Positions 26,461 through 40,686 are shown, counted from the whole stretch's first letter. The stretch: 63,778 nucleotides of DNA, filler included, from Reticulomyxa filosa (GCA_000512085.1; 27 parts of 27 records of this genome joined end to end with filler, not necessarily neighbours in it), one strand, 5' to 3'. The notes: generated from the sequence alone by a model not told the origin. Numbers and translations: made by a program.

Positions 26461-26770
26461 GCATATCACCATTTTTTTTCCCCATTTTTACTACTTTTTT
26501 TCTCTTTTTCCTTTTTTTCTTTTTTTTTTTCTTTTTTCTTTTTTTCTTCTTTTTTCTTTTTTTTTTCTTTTTTTTTTCTTTTTTTTTTCTTTTTTTTTCA
26601 ATGATATCATTTATTTTTTTTCTTTTTTTTTCAATAATATCATTTATTCTTTTTCTTTTCCCAACNNNNNNNNNNNNNNNNNNNNNNNNNNNNNNNNNNN
26701 NNNNNNNNNTTAATTAATTAANNNNNNNNNNNNNNNNNNNNNNNNNNNNNNNNNNNNNNNNNNNNCCTCC

Positions 26771-27864
26771 TTGGCTCTGCTCTTCTCCCTTTCCAACTCA
26801 CCATTCAATCAATCAACAAAAAAAGGTCGTCTTCAGTACTATCACTTACAATTCACACGCGAACGCGCATTAACGACAAATGAGGAAATAGTGTCGGCCG
26901 TGAAAGAACGCAAAGTATCGAACCCGCCGCCGAGATTGGACGAACACTTTTCTCGAAAGAGTCTGACCAACAAAAAAAAAAATCGCCCTTTGCCAAAGAA
27001 GCCGATGAAATATATTATTGATATTACCAAACGTCCTCTCGGGTTTCAGCTTCGACCCTCCTCTTCCATCGACCGCTCTCCTGCTGTCAAAACTTATCCC
27101 GTATCCTCCTCTTCCACCACCTCGTCTTCGTCTTTTTCGTCCTTCTCTTTTGTCACGGGCGAGGACAACCGTCCCACGAGCACCACGAGCGTCAGCAGCA
27201 GTGTCTTCACTGCCGTCACAAACGAACCGACCGACATGCAAGGTAGAGTGCTGGCCGACATTGGCGTTGATGCTACAAGCATAAGCGCAATTACAAGTAC
27301 AATTACAAATACAAATGCCAATGCCAATGCAAATGCAAACACAAATACAAACACAAATACAAATGCAAATGCAAATGAAATTGAAACGGAAGCGGACCCG
27401 GAAACAACTACAAACACAAATGCCGAATCGAAGTGAATTTGGATACTTGTGTGAATGCCTATGTGTACAACGTGGACCCCAATATACCCTTTGAGATTCT
27501 CGAGGGCTCCATGGTCGTTTCCATCAATAACAAAGATGTCGTTGGCACGTTGTTTCAAGACATATTGACCATTCTTGAAAATGAACCGTTGCCCATTCGC
27601 TTTGAATTAGCCAAAGTTTGTATTCATTACATACTATTACATATAAACATATACATACATATATGTATATATGTACACACACGTATACAACAGCCGCTGA
27701 AGGTACAAGACAATTCGCCAAGGACTGGCCATAGCTTTTCCGTGTCAACTGCTCATTCTAGTACTGACCAAATCGCAGACGATTTGTGGATGTCAAGAGA
27801 CGACGCGAGATCCTCCAAATCACAAAGAAAATCCTTTTGGTCAAACGTCTTTACGCGAAGATAA
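26771..27864 (+). CDS. PDZ-domain protein, 3' part
   Basis: YIIDITKRPLGFQL ... AYVYNVDP...ILEGSMVVSINNKDV..TLFQDILTILENEPLPIRFEL. A GT-AG intron at 27243-27433 restores the frame. Confidence 0.75.
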
Positions 27865-28289
27865 CTCCACTTGTCTTTTTTGTCATTGATAAAAAGATCA
27901 AAACAAAAAACAGAAAGATGATGGAGAGTGTTCGGATGGTATCTGCAAGTAAATTCCTCTTGATGTGTTTTGCTTTTTTGAATATTTCGATATTCACTCT
28001 AAAATTCTCACCTTTTTGTCCATGTCTCCGAAATATCACGTGAGAATATTATACCATCGATTTGCTTTTATTCTCATTTATATCTTCTTTTTGTTTGTTT
28101 TGTTTTGCTTTTTTTTTTTCTCTTGTGTGTTATTCTTTTTTCTTGTTTCTTTTTTTTTTTTTTTNNNNNNNNNNNNNNNNNNNNNNNNNNNNNNNNNNNN
28201 NNNNNNNNTTAATTAATTAANNNNNNNNNNNNNNNNNNNNNNNNNNNNNNNNNNNNNNNNNNNNAAAAAAAAAAAAAAAAAAAAAGAAA

Positions 28290-29739
28290 AACTTTGTCCA
28301 TCAAAATCCGTGGGATAGATGGGTGGGGAAGCACGAGGACGGCCAGACGAACCTGCAGAGGAACTCTGTACCATCGAATGGAAGGTTATAAATTCGTCTG
28401 GAGTTTGCGAAGACGAATTGCTGTTCAATTGATACAGTAAATCTGTTGATTGATGAATCACTTGCTCGCTTTCTTTCATTTGACCCAGTAACTTGGTCGT
28501 CAAATCAAGTGCTCTTTTGTGAGAGGATATCACACACACACACATAACAAATGCCTTTTTAAAAAGGTTATGTTAAAAAAAATTGAGGGAGATTGAGTTA
28601 CATAAAATTAATGAGGCTAACAAAAAAAAACAAACAAACAAACAAACAAACAGAAAACTGGTCGAGAACACCAATCGCACGAAGATACCACTGGAAGAAA
28701 AACTGGATAATTCCCAATTCAGGCACTTTACACTTGAATTGCGAAAAAGGAATTAAAATGCCACTGTTTTTGTTGAATCGGGTTTGAAAGTATTCCACAA
28801 GTTCTAAGCGTCCGTCATGCCCGTCTTTGATTGGCTGGAAACATTCAATCCCCAAATAAAACTCTTCTGTGGGTTTTTGCTCTTTGTCCAATCGCCCAAT
28901 ATATCTATTCGTCAGTCAAACATAGCAACTAAATATAAATACAAAGAAATGATAAATAATGACAATGATTGTCATTGTTGTTATCAATCATTTCACTATT
29001 ACTTATGTTATATTAAAAAAAAAAAAGAAAGAAAAAGGGTGCCACTTTAATGTATACGTAGTCTCTTCCTCTTTTTGGAAGTTAAAAAAAACAATGGAAA
29101 AGAAAGGAGAAGGGGAACAAGCCAACCTTAATAACCCAATATAATCACCAGCAATGATAATGTCTCCATAACGAAAGGAAATGGTTTCTTGTTTGTGTGT
29201 GTTTCCGTATTCGTAAGTAATGGTCATTTGCTCCCTTCCTCCGTCAGATCGGTACACAGATACAATTCGGCCTCGCTTGGAAGGTTTGAATAGCTCTTCT
29301 ATGTTTTTGGCCAAGTCTCTGGGAAGGGATTGTCGTTTCTTTACGATTTGGATTTCCCAATATATACATACATATATGTATATATATATATATTTTTTTT
29401 TTTTTTTAGACAATTGCGTTGATTTTTCGCATGTGTTTATATATAATTTTTTTTTTTAAAAAATACCAAGGCTTGGAACGTGTCTTCGGAATGTTGTCGA
29501 AAGAGCTTATTTTTGGCCAAAAGTTGTCGTAAATCCGTCCCAAAAGTTCGGAGGGAGGAAAAAGGAGAGATTTCTTGCTGCGATTGTGATTGCGACTGCT
29601 TGGCCTTTTGATACACTCCATGTCCAGTGAACCCTTCGAATGGCCTTGCAGTGGACGAAGTGTCCTCAATGGATTGCAGAGTGTTGTAAATGGACGTTTT
29701 CGCGGCGGTGTTGTTATAATTTGCATTGCTTTTTTTCAT
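28290..29739 (-). CDS. CAP-Gly domain protein, multi-exon, partial
   Basis: GDYIGLLR|YIGRL...FYLGIECFQPIKDGHDGRLELVEYFQT...SGILIP matches the CAP-Gly pattern, with GKNDG replaced by DGHDG. Confidence 0.65.
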
Positions 29740-29950
29740 TTGATTCGAACTCGAATTTGAATTTGAATTTGNNNNNNNNNNNNNNNNNNNNNNNNNNNNN
29801 NNNNNNNNNNNNNNNTTAATTAATTAANNNNNNNNNNNNNNNNNNNNNNNNNNNNNNNNNNNNNNNNNNNNTATATATTTTTAAAGCGACTTCTGTCTCT
29901 CTCTTTCTCTCTTTCTGAAAAACAAGACAAAACAAAACCAAAAAAAAGGA

Positions 29951-30495
29951 TTGACAATGGCATCCCTAAGTGCGACAGTAGTGCAATTGAATATAATCCA
30001 TTGGATGTTGAGACAATCATCAAAGACGACCCACTTGCTAATGCGAGACTTCCAAAAAAATTATGGCTTTGAGGTTTTGGAAGGACTGTTGATGGCCATG
30101 TCGTCTGTTGGTGATGACCGACATGATCAAAGGATGGACGAGGTATTTTATACATATCCATATACATACTATATGTGTATATGCATGTGTGGATATATCA
30201 TCCCTCTGTTTTCACTTCAAACTCCTTTTCAAATAGAAATGTGTGTTGACAAACACAGATGCACATTCGTGTCGAGATCAATGATTTTGGAGTGTCATAT
30301 CCTTCACACTTGATGGGGTTGAAAACAGAGGTATTGCGAATCGTGTATGATTTGGTGTTTATCAATGACGGTCTCAGCAACGATGGTGACAGCGAGATGA
30401 AAAGTGGTAACAGGGATGGTCGCTTTGATATGAAGACAGCAACAATGGATGACGAAGACAATAACATCAATAATAATAATAATAACAATAATAAC

Positions 30496-30532
<37 letters not shown>

Positions 30533-31573
30533 GTGAACGCCACAGCTTGGAAAGTCTAGCCAAGGGCAGCACTCGTTGCAAAAGAGCGATCAAGAGCAAA
30601 GCGGCATTGGAAGTGCTGGAAAATTTGTACATGAACACGTGGAGCAAATGGACGCGTATGGCGATATTGACCTGCATCACTGACATTCTGCATGAATGTA
30701 GTAATCTATCTTTTCTCTTAGATTTGCATCTCATCAAAAAGCTGCTCTTACAAATGCCAACGGTGGAGTCAGAGGAACGGAAAAAAATACTCGCCATGCT
30801 GGAGTTTGCCATCCAACATGTAGACGTACACATCATGCCCTCTGCCGAATTGGGCGCACTCAAGCTACTGTTGCAACAGGCCACGGACACCGATATGATC
30901 AAAATGATCTTGCAAACTTTTAATAAAATTGTTGTCACAAAACCAGCTTACAAGTTATATATATGCATATATGTATATATAATAATTGAGGAAAAAAAAA
31001 AAAAAAAAAAAAATGTTATTTTGTTTAAATAAATGAAGACACGCTGGAGTGGTGGAAGTATTGATGGATCGCATGATCGCGTTCTCTCAATATTTGATCA
31101 GTGCAAGGACGTCTGCATTGAACAAAGTCGCACTGAATGAGCTGCCATTGGTTGAAGTGAGGCTATGGGAAATCAAAGACGTGATGGAATGGTTTCGAAC
31201 CATTGATAACGGACGGTTCGGCAGTCAGTTTGACCACGTTATTGAAACATTGAAAATCAATGGCAAAGCGCTGTTGGACCAAAAGTATCAGTGGTGGCAG
31301 CACACGTTGCAATTGCAAGACGAACAGCACGCAATTGTGGTGGATCATTTGAACCAATTGAAACAAGTTTTTTTTTTTTTTTATATATAAAAAAAAGAAA
31401 TAATTTGTTATTACAAACTCATCTTTTTTTTTTTTTTGCAATAAGCAAGCTGCAACGACAACGTTTAATGATCATGACTTGTACGTATTGGTAATGGACA
31501 CATTGTTGAATCTAATGAAAGATGACGACACCAACTGCAAAGTTTAGGCATAACAAACACTTTTTGTATGCAT

Positions 31574-31609
<36 letters not shown>

Positions 31610-33154
31610 GTATACATATATGTATAACAACAAAGATTGGTATTTATTGTGTTAAATTCTAACAACACTCGTTGCAGCTGTTTCGTGAAAAACGCTGCAA
31701 TTACGCCGTGTTCGCATTGCTGAAGTCGCACGACCATGTCGATGCGGCAATAAAGATGATCCGCCATCAAATGGACGAAAGCTCGGTGACAGACTTGCTA
31801 TCTTCGCTAAGTCGTGAAAAAGAGTCGTACGAATACCGCATTCACATGTTGGAGGCACTGCGACAAATGATCCAAGGCTCCGATGCGGCCGTCGTGAACA
31901 TCAAGAACAGTTGGCACAAACTGGGCGGATTCACCACATTGCTAAGCTTATTTGCGACGCTCGATTCGCTATGGCCGACTTGTAGCGCGTCCATTTCGCA
32001 GTTGGCCATTGGATTGATGGAAAAAACCTTTGTCATTATCATTTCCATCATCATGGCCCATCCAAGAAACAGAGCCTACTTTTGGAACTCGCGCTGGGAC
32101 ACCTTTGCCGACGCCATTCTGTCCACCGGAGTGTTGCAGTCCTCGCATGGTCCAACCATCTTCCAATTGCTCTTCGACTTGGCCATGGAAGAAATGACGG
32201 ACACGACCAGTCTTCCACTCCATCCTGGGGGCAATGAAAGACCCCGTTTCCTCAAAAATCCGGAGGCCGTCCTGATCCTTTTGAAATTTGCCACTTTTTG
32301 TTCCGAGTCGGTTCAAGTGCAAATTGTCCAGCAATTGCTGTCCATGGCCAATCTATATGTGATGGACACTTTTGGAGCCAAGCAATATTTGCTAAGGAAT
32401 AAGCAATTATTAGTCGACGTAAGTCATTACATAAACATATATATATATATATATATATGTATATGTATATATGTTTATGTAATAATATTATCCAGACCAT
32501 ACATATCAATGAAAATGAATACAGGTTGGGACAGTTCAACATGTACATGAAATGTACTTCAACGTGTTAAACTCGTCCACTCCATCGCCCTTGCAAAAAC
32601 TCTTGCGTCAGCTGATAGTCGAGCTTGGCACACACCGTTTGTCGCCGGTGGAATTGAACACCATCTTTCGCTGGGCTCGCGAGCGGAATGACCGGTTTCA
32701 TCACGTGATGGAATTGCTGAGCGGTGAGCCCAAGTTCCCCTTTTTCGAGTTGGAGTGCTTCAGCCGAGGCGTGGCGTGCATCAAAATGGGAGGGCAATCA
32801 CATATCAATATCCAGCCGGAAAAGGGTCTGTCTATTGCATTTTGGCTGAACCTGCAAAGCAGTAGTAGCGTGACTCCAGAGTTTTCTTTGTGCACGCTGT
32901 CCAAGGGTCACTCGTCGTTGAACCTCTTGGAAATGAAGTACCACTCCAGATATGGCCGAATGGTGTTGAAATTGAGCGATGAGAAGACACACTGTCATTT
33001 GGTCTACGACCATGTCAAGCTCGAGTACCGTCATTGGTATCACATATGCGTGACCTTTCAAACCACCGAAGGAGATGGTTTTGCATCTTTGTCAAAGCAA
33101 CAGCAACAACATCAACAGCAGCAGCAGCAACAACAACAACAACAACAACAACAA
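29951..33154 (+). CDS. N-terminal part of a BEACH-family (WDFY3/LvsA/SPIRRIG-like) protein: ARM-like repeats, SAM-like insert, ConA-like domain
   Basis: WHKLGGFTTLLSL, HPRNRAYFW, FLKNPEAVLILL and GLSIAFWL...RHWYHICVT. The BEACH domain itself is not in the contig. Confidence 0.65.
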
Positions 33155-34387
33155 NNNNNNNNNNNNNNNNNNNNNNNNNNNNNNNNNNNNNNNNNNNNTT
33201 AATTAATTAANNNNNNNNNNNNNNNNNNNNNNNNNNNNNNNNNNNNNNNNNNNNAAAAAAAAATAATTTATGCTAAGCATTTTGCTGCTTTTGTAAAAGT
33301 TAGAAAATTAGCAATAAAGTTCACATCAAGCGCCAACTAAAAAAAACATTATTCTTCTAAACAACGAAGCACAACTCAAAAGATCTTTGCAATGAAACCA
33401 TCTTGTTTTTTCTACAAGAAAAATCTGTTAAAGAGAAGTGAAGTCTTATCTTCTAAAGCGTTGTCTCCACTTTTGGTACACACTTACTTTTTTTTTGAAT
33501 CAATCAAATAAAACTCACGCTGTCAATTGCACGCATGTGTTAATTTTACTGCAATCGACTTGTCTTATCTTGCTGTAGTCCATTAACATAGCTTTACTAT
33601 TATTTTTCTTTTATTATTGGACCATTACCACTGATCAAACATAAATACAATTGCAACAACGAAAGAGACGCCTGTTGCGAAACCAAAGTATCTTGAGTTG
33701 CCAACTTAGAAAAATGCAATGTGATTTGACTACAAGATTACAACATTCCGCCTTTTTTGGTCGATTCCATTAATTTGGGCTTTGTATAAAATAAAATGAT
33801 CGTTTTTTCACACAATTTTTAATTTTCAAAACATCATACCAAAAAGACCTTATTCAACTTTTTAACAAATCTCTATGCAAAAAGTGATGGCAACAAAAAT
33901 TTAAAAGTGAAACGATTGGCTATCCATCGAAAAGAATATCCGTTGAATTATTTATTTATTTGTTTTACATTTAAGTATTCGTCATCATGCATCACCATCA
34001 AGTATTAAACTACAATCCATGCAGATAAACCCACTTGTTCGATACTGCTATCAAATGGCAATTTGATAAAATTGAGATACATATGTGGATGTATAAGTCT
34101 CCTTTTTTCCCTCATTCTGTTTAAAAATGCCATCTGAGATATTGTGTATCAATGTTAACGAATCGCTTTTGTTGACTATCAAGTACAGAATGAATATACG
34201 CTGCGAGCACTTATTGAGTGACGAAACAGAAAAAATTTAAAACAACAATCCTCGTTCACTCTAGTGATTATTTGTAAAGCAATCTAANNNNNNNNNNNNN
34301 NNNNNNNNNNNNNNNNNNNNNNNNNNNNNNNTTAATTAATTAANNNNNNNNNNNNNNNNNNNNNNNNNNNNNNNNNNNNNNNNNNNN

Positions 34388-34956
34388 ATCAAGGATGTAT
34401 TTTACATTTTCATCCTTCTATGAGACGAGCAGGTGGAATATTAAGTTGTGATGTATCATGGATATCTCCATATAAACATGAACGAGAAATTTTATTTTCT
34501 AGATCTAATACAAGCAATATTGAAGATAGACATAAAGAATATTTTGCATGGAATGCAAAAATAGAGAAAGAAGATAAAAATACACAAATGATATTATTAA
34601 CATGGGGAAGATATGATCAATATATTCAACAAACTATGTATATTAGTAAAATATGGAATCATTTCATTGATTTAAATCTTATTTATATAATTTTATTATT
34701 TGCTGAAGGAGATATAATTTTAAGTATTGAATATTTTATTAAATTTGAAAAATGGAAAATACAAGAAAATAATAAAAGAAAATATGAAGAAATAAAGAAT
34801 GAATTTATTAAAAGACGTTGTTATAATGATTATATTAATTTATTTTCTATTTTTGCTGTAAAAATAAAAAATATAAGATATACACCCATTGAATTTACAA
34901 CAAAGCATACTATAATGATTGGCTTACCATTTGTTGAAAAAGATAAAGAAAAATGA
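34388..34956 (+). CDS. Protein with an ADP-ribosyltransferase-like C-terminal motif, 5'-partial
   Basis: QGCILHFHPSMRR...CDVSWISPYKHEREILF resembles the DiS.iS.f..ExEvL motif of R-S-E clade ARTs. The R and STS motifs are outside the contig. Confidence 0.55.
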
Positions 34957-34975
34957 ATTTTTTTTTAATTATCCG

Positions 34976-35712
34976 TTTTATCCCAATAACATTATATAAT
35001 TTGATTACCATCTGGTGAAATATCTATACTTTTTATTCGACTAATATGTCCTTCTAATTTTTGTATTTGTTTTCCTGATATTCTGAACATGAAACAATAG
35101 TTTGACCATCTGGAAAATATTTTATATCATTTACATAATGTAAATGTCTTTGTAATTTTTTAATTTCTTTTCATATTCGAATAGAACAAGATACAATACA
35201 TTTACCATTTGGTGAAAATTTTATATTTATTACAGATTTTGAATGACCTATTCATTTTTTTAATATTTCACCTGATTTTATTTATATTCCATAAATAAAT
35301 TGTTTTATCTACAGATGATGATGCAATTATTTTATTATCAGATGAAAATTGTACACTTAATATACCAGCTGAATGACCAATTAATATTTTAATCTCTTTT
35401 TTAGATTTTATATCCCAAAATTTAATTGTTTTATCTGTTGATCCAGAAGCTATTAATTGTTTATCAGGTGAAAATTCAGCAATTCTAAATCGATGAAAAT
35501 ATTCTTTAAAAATATGAAGTTGTTGTCCAGATTTAATATCCCATATTCGAACTGTTTTATCATTTGATGATGAAATAATTTTTTGACCACTGATGAAAAT
35601 CTTACACTATTTATTCCAGCATCATGTCCTTTTAAAATTTTCAATAATTGAAAACATCTAGCCTATATTTGATAACATTAAAATAAATATTACAGTATGT
35701 TGCAAAGAAAAC
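34976..35712 (-). pseudogene. WD40-repeat pseudogene
   Basis: LKGHDAGINSVRFSS, FSPDKQLIASGSTDKTIKFWDIKS and further repeats, with several frameshifts. Confidence 0.85.
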
Positions 35713-38579
35713 NNNNNNNNNNNNNNNNNNNNNNNNNNNNNNNNNNNNNNNNNNNNTTAATTAATTAANNNNNNNNNNNNNNNNNNNNNNNNNNNNNNNN
35801 NNNNNNNNNNNNAAACCTTTTAGGTTTCGAGTGAAAAAAAAAATAAAGAGGAAAAAGAAGAAACGTAGATTAAAAAGAAGAAAAATATCAATCAAACACA
35901 TGAATTATGTCAAGACATACAACAAGTGCTCATGAATCGTGCAAGATGAACCTATCGAAAGAAGCAAATGGACAGTGTAAACAAAGACGATTGACACAAT
36001 CAATTCCTAAAAGATGTTGACATATGTCACCAAAATTATGAGTTATTATGGATGACAATAAATGTTATGTGTTTTACAATCGCAAACAACATCCAGCTTA
36101 ATATACACTAAACTCATCATATACATAATTAATCAAATACCCATCGTTATCATTCATATATATTTGCGATTATGTATATGTGGCTCCCGATGGCGACACA
36201 CCAAAAATGCATGAAGACATTTCCGATATAGAATTGGTATGATCTTCGTGTTCATTTGGTGGAAGATATCAAAGCTTTGGTATGTTGCAATTGGATGACA
36301 AAAGAGCATTGGCATTATCGTCAAGGGATATTGGAAGGAAATGATTGAATGTGATAATATTTCATTTTGTTGTCATAATACCTTTGAAAGGAGATTGAAG
36401 TTAAAACAACATTGGTTATTTTTTTCCATCTTTCAAAACAGTTTAAATTAAGTTGTTGTTTGTTGTTTTTTGTGTTTACAACAACTAGGATATGCTAAGG
36501 CGTATGTAATGGAGAAGAAGAAGGATATTCCGCATGAAACAATGACAATTACCTGCCCAAGACAAAGCGACGACGACTCAATACATTGAACAATGACCAA
36601 GTCATTGTTGAATAAAAATAAGGCCACAAATCCTGCCTTCCAATCGATTGATATTTCTGTTGGCCTTGTTTCGTTGCTATTATCGTAATTGGGAACTTGA
36701 GATGGCGTTGATACAATGGTGTAATTTTGGGATCATAGTTGTATCAACTATCTCATCTATCTTCTTCTTCGCTGATCGTATTGCTTGCTGCCAAAGACAC
36801 ATTCGATCACATTACTGTCGTTATCATTGAGCAAAGCAAGACTTATCACAGCATCGAAGTGCATACAAGACAAAAATGAAAACAATATTGCCACAATATA
36901 TATATTTTGGCAATATTGTGTGCACAATCTCTTCGATGATATGGCAAATCAACACATTGATTTGTTTTTTGTTTTGTTTTGTTCTGTTTCTTTTAATACA
37001 ATTTGTTTCATTGTGTGATTTGTTATCGTCAAGTGTTGTACTCTAATAATTGTCGTTGTTTTTCAAATGTAGTTGCGTTGAAAATATCTTTTGTCTCCAA
37101 ATGTTTCCTCATTGAAGAGTTTGTTTGTGTATCCATTTTCCTATTTCACCAAATTTTTGCAACGAATGATGTTTTTGAAAAAAAAAAAGACAGCATCCTT
37201 TTCTTTTTTTGGAAATAATTAAAGTAAAAAGATAGCTCTTTTTAGATAATCAAATTAATTCAAAAACATTGGGGAAAAAAGAATATGACGTATCGCACTT
37301 CACAACAAGTTAGCATATTTCAACTAACGTTCATAAAATATGCAAAGTACACTATAAAAAATCACCTAGAATATATGCATACAAGACCACAACTAATCCA
37401 AAAAAAAAAAGGGGGAGGGGGGTAAGCAAGGACAAAAGTAGTAACAGTTTGTGATGTGGTTTTAGTGCCACTAAATTAAATCAGAAACTAATTAGATAGC
37501 AAGTCATGTGTTCTTGTGGAATGAGATCGTAACCGAACATTATTTGATATATTGTTCTAAATGCTACGAATGAGTGACTTCCCGTATTCACAAGATGGTA
37601 ATCATATCACCTTGGATTTACGTATACTTGATGATTGGGGAAGTATTTACTCTATCCGAAAATGCGTGATATATGCACGACCGGAATAAAGCTCCAAAAA
37701 ACCTAAATAAATTGGTTGTGCTCCAACATAATGTGCTGATGTCATAAGGATAAGTCACTATGTTATTATGGAACACTACACGATATGTGAGTGTGGCCAT
37801 GCTCGTAATTCTTTCAGTTCGTTCTCTATTAACAACCCCTTGTCGTGAGCATCCATGTTGTGTAGGTTTGTTGGCAATGTCACACAGTTTTGCACTTGAT
37901 TGCACCCAATGCAAGGACAATCTGACGGACATGTACTCACGTCACCAGTCGTTACCAGTATCGTCCACACAACCAAAATGCTACACCATAACGCNNNNNN
38001 NNNNNNNNNNNNNNNNNNNNNNNNNNNNNNNNNNNNNNTTAATTAATTAANNNNNNNNNNNNNNNNNNNNNNNNNNNNNNNNNNNNNNNNNNNNTGTCAG
38101 TCGGTTCAATGGTCACAATATTGTGTTGTATACAAGATTTGAAATCAAGACAAATGCTCATTTTTGAAATAAGTCTAATGTATTGGTAAATTGTCGACAT
38201 ATATAGTGGTTGTATCAATTAAGCTGAGGCCAGAGTGCCGACAGTTGAACCAGATTCACACACAATCCCAAATATTCAACCGATACAAGTTGCAATGATG
38301 CCACAATCCACTTCATCATTGATATTAACTTTGTTAAAAAAAGTTGTATTTTGAAGAAGAAAACGTTTGAAGCTTCAACATCATTCGTAGCCTAAGTGGG
38401 TTTTGAATATATATTATTTTTGTTTATGTTTTGTGGACGATTCGTAATTATATTTGATGTCTTTCTTTGATATTTCTCACATGACTGTTTTGGTCCATGT
38501 ACTTTAACGTGCTTTGTTTCACTTTCGGGGGATAGTGGTAGGTGGTAAGGTGGATAACGAAGCAATGAGTAATGGACGC

Positions 38580-38799
38580 TGTAGGGTAAGTCACTATTAT
38601 GCAATATCAACTACTAGAGGAACGGTAGGATCCCCGGTGGGTTAAACCCTATTCACAACACAACTCACTTTTCGTGTCTTTTACTTTTTTTCTTTATTGT
38701 GTTGAATTATTTGTTCTAAATTTACTTTATTTTACTGAAATTGGTTTCTTGGAACTAAGTTTCTTTCGTATTACACTTAGTATCCTCAATATTCCTACA
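38580..38799. mobile_element. Solo LTR (220 bp), same family as 10266-10484
   Basis: TGTAGG...CCTACA ends; flanks ACGC/ATGC (a 4-bp TSD with one transition); shares GGGTTAAAC and CTTTCGTATTACA blocks. Confidence 0.7.
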
Positions 38800-40686
38800 A
38801 TGCATTCAATCTCCCGCGCAAAAGCTTTCAAAAACATTGTATTAATTTTTTGACGACATGCTTCTACCCTTTTTTCAATTGGAAAGAATGTTAATTAATA
38901 TAATGCAAAAGAAAGTTGATATCTAAAACGACAACTTATAGAGATGATTGATTTTCTTAATAAAGAAACAATATTAAATTTTTTAAAAATATCTATGAAT
39001 CTTGTAGTTTTTAAATATGATTTTGATTTTAGTTTTTTAAATCTTTACTAACTGTTTCAAAAATTTGAATATTTTATTGATTTTTCAAAATTTTGGAGAA
39101 AAGTTCAATCGTGATTGTATCGCAACATGAACGAAAATTTGTTAAAAAATGCGTTAAAAATAACCATTAAGAGTTAAAAAAAACGAAGTAAGTAATTTTA
39201 TGTTAAGAATAAATACAATCAGAAAAATATGATCTTTGGATGTTATATAAATAATCATTCAATCCAACCTTGTCAGTGACCAACAGATAGACGATCTTAC
39301 AAGCAGATTTTGTCATTTTTGTTTTGATCCATAATGCTTTGCAAGTCGTTGTTCATGATATTTCTTTTGCTCAATTTTGTCGTATTGCAGATAATTGTCT
39401 TTATGGCTTGCACAAACATTGTTTTGCGAGCGATTGTTCGCGCCACCATATATNNNNNNNNNNNNNNNNNNNNNNNNNNNNNNNNNNNNNNNNNNNNTTA
39501 ATTAATTAANNNNNNNNNNNNNNNNNNNNNNNNNNNNNNNNNNNNNNNNNNNNGTATTGCGGTTTTTTTTGCAATCTACTGTATTGGTGAATTATACATC
39601 ATTTCCAAGCGAAACAAGAAGAAATTTACAAACAAATACGAAAGGGACTAATAGTTTGAAGTCTTATGTAATGCCAAAATTAATTGTTGAATCATCTGTA
39701 GATTCATTATTGTCATTGCCAAAGGCACCAATAATCTTTGGCTGAGCACTGTTTAACCTTCCCCCACAATCAGCATGTTGCCAGGAAAAGAGTTACTATC
39801 TCAATTACCATGAACTTGTAAATCTGTACTCTTAAAGCAACTAATGTCAATACGCTGTAATTTTAAACAAGTACTCCCATCTCTCACAGTTACATACCAC
39901 ACTAGATGCTGAACCGACGACGAAGCCACTCAAAAATAAATTGTAATAAAAACGTTGCCAAAAAGAATAACAAAAGTGAAAATTTACAATCACTTAACAA
40001 TATCTCAACCACTATAAAAAATCTTTCTAGTTAAAAAAATTTGTTTTCTCTTGCTTTCTTTCTTGACTTCTTTGCGTTGTTCAGGTACTTTTCTTTGCAT
40101 ACTTGGTCAGAATCTTGAAGAAAATTCTTGCTTGTATCTCAATGATTTTTTTCAAATAAAACCTTCAAAACTTGAAGTATGTTGAAGTATCTTGCTACTT
40201 TCAACTTAAATCTCTTTCAAAATACATTTTTTCAGTATTAATGATGAAGTGTGTTAATATTAATTTTTTTTTTCATTAGCAAATGTAATATTATTTCTTT
40301 ATTGTTATTTTATTGTGTTAAATTTTCATGTTTTTTTATATGTAAAACATTTGTTTTTTTATATTTGTTTTCATCATTTGTTGTCTTGATGCAAAGTAAT
40401 GAAATGGCATCTGAGTTGGTAAAGTATTACGTTTAATGCATTTCAATGTATTAAAAAAAAGTAACAAAAGAAAATCAAAACTGCACAACGAAAGAAAAAT
40501 TGAAGCAATATTGCCAATCACAAGATAAGTTTGTTCCATTATTTGATAATCCTGGATAATGTGTTGATTCAATTGGCTCTTTTGATCCAAAAATAAAAAT
40601 AAAAAAGAATAACAAACTAGCCTAAATATTTAATTGCTAGCGATTGTATTCTAAATTTTTTGAAAAGGTGCCTACGAGAGGGAAAA

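Noticed and set aside
30304-30938. Antisense poly-Leu/poly-Ile ORFs (also 16709-17002, 27094-27558, 51523-51984)
   Set aside because: Shadows of trinucleotide repeats in genes on the opposite strand.
37450-37611. TGTGATGTG...CATATCAC ends suggesting another solo LTR
   Set aside because: No target-site duplication and no second copy in the window.
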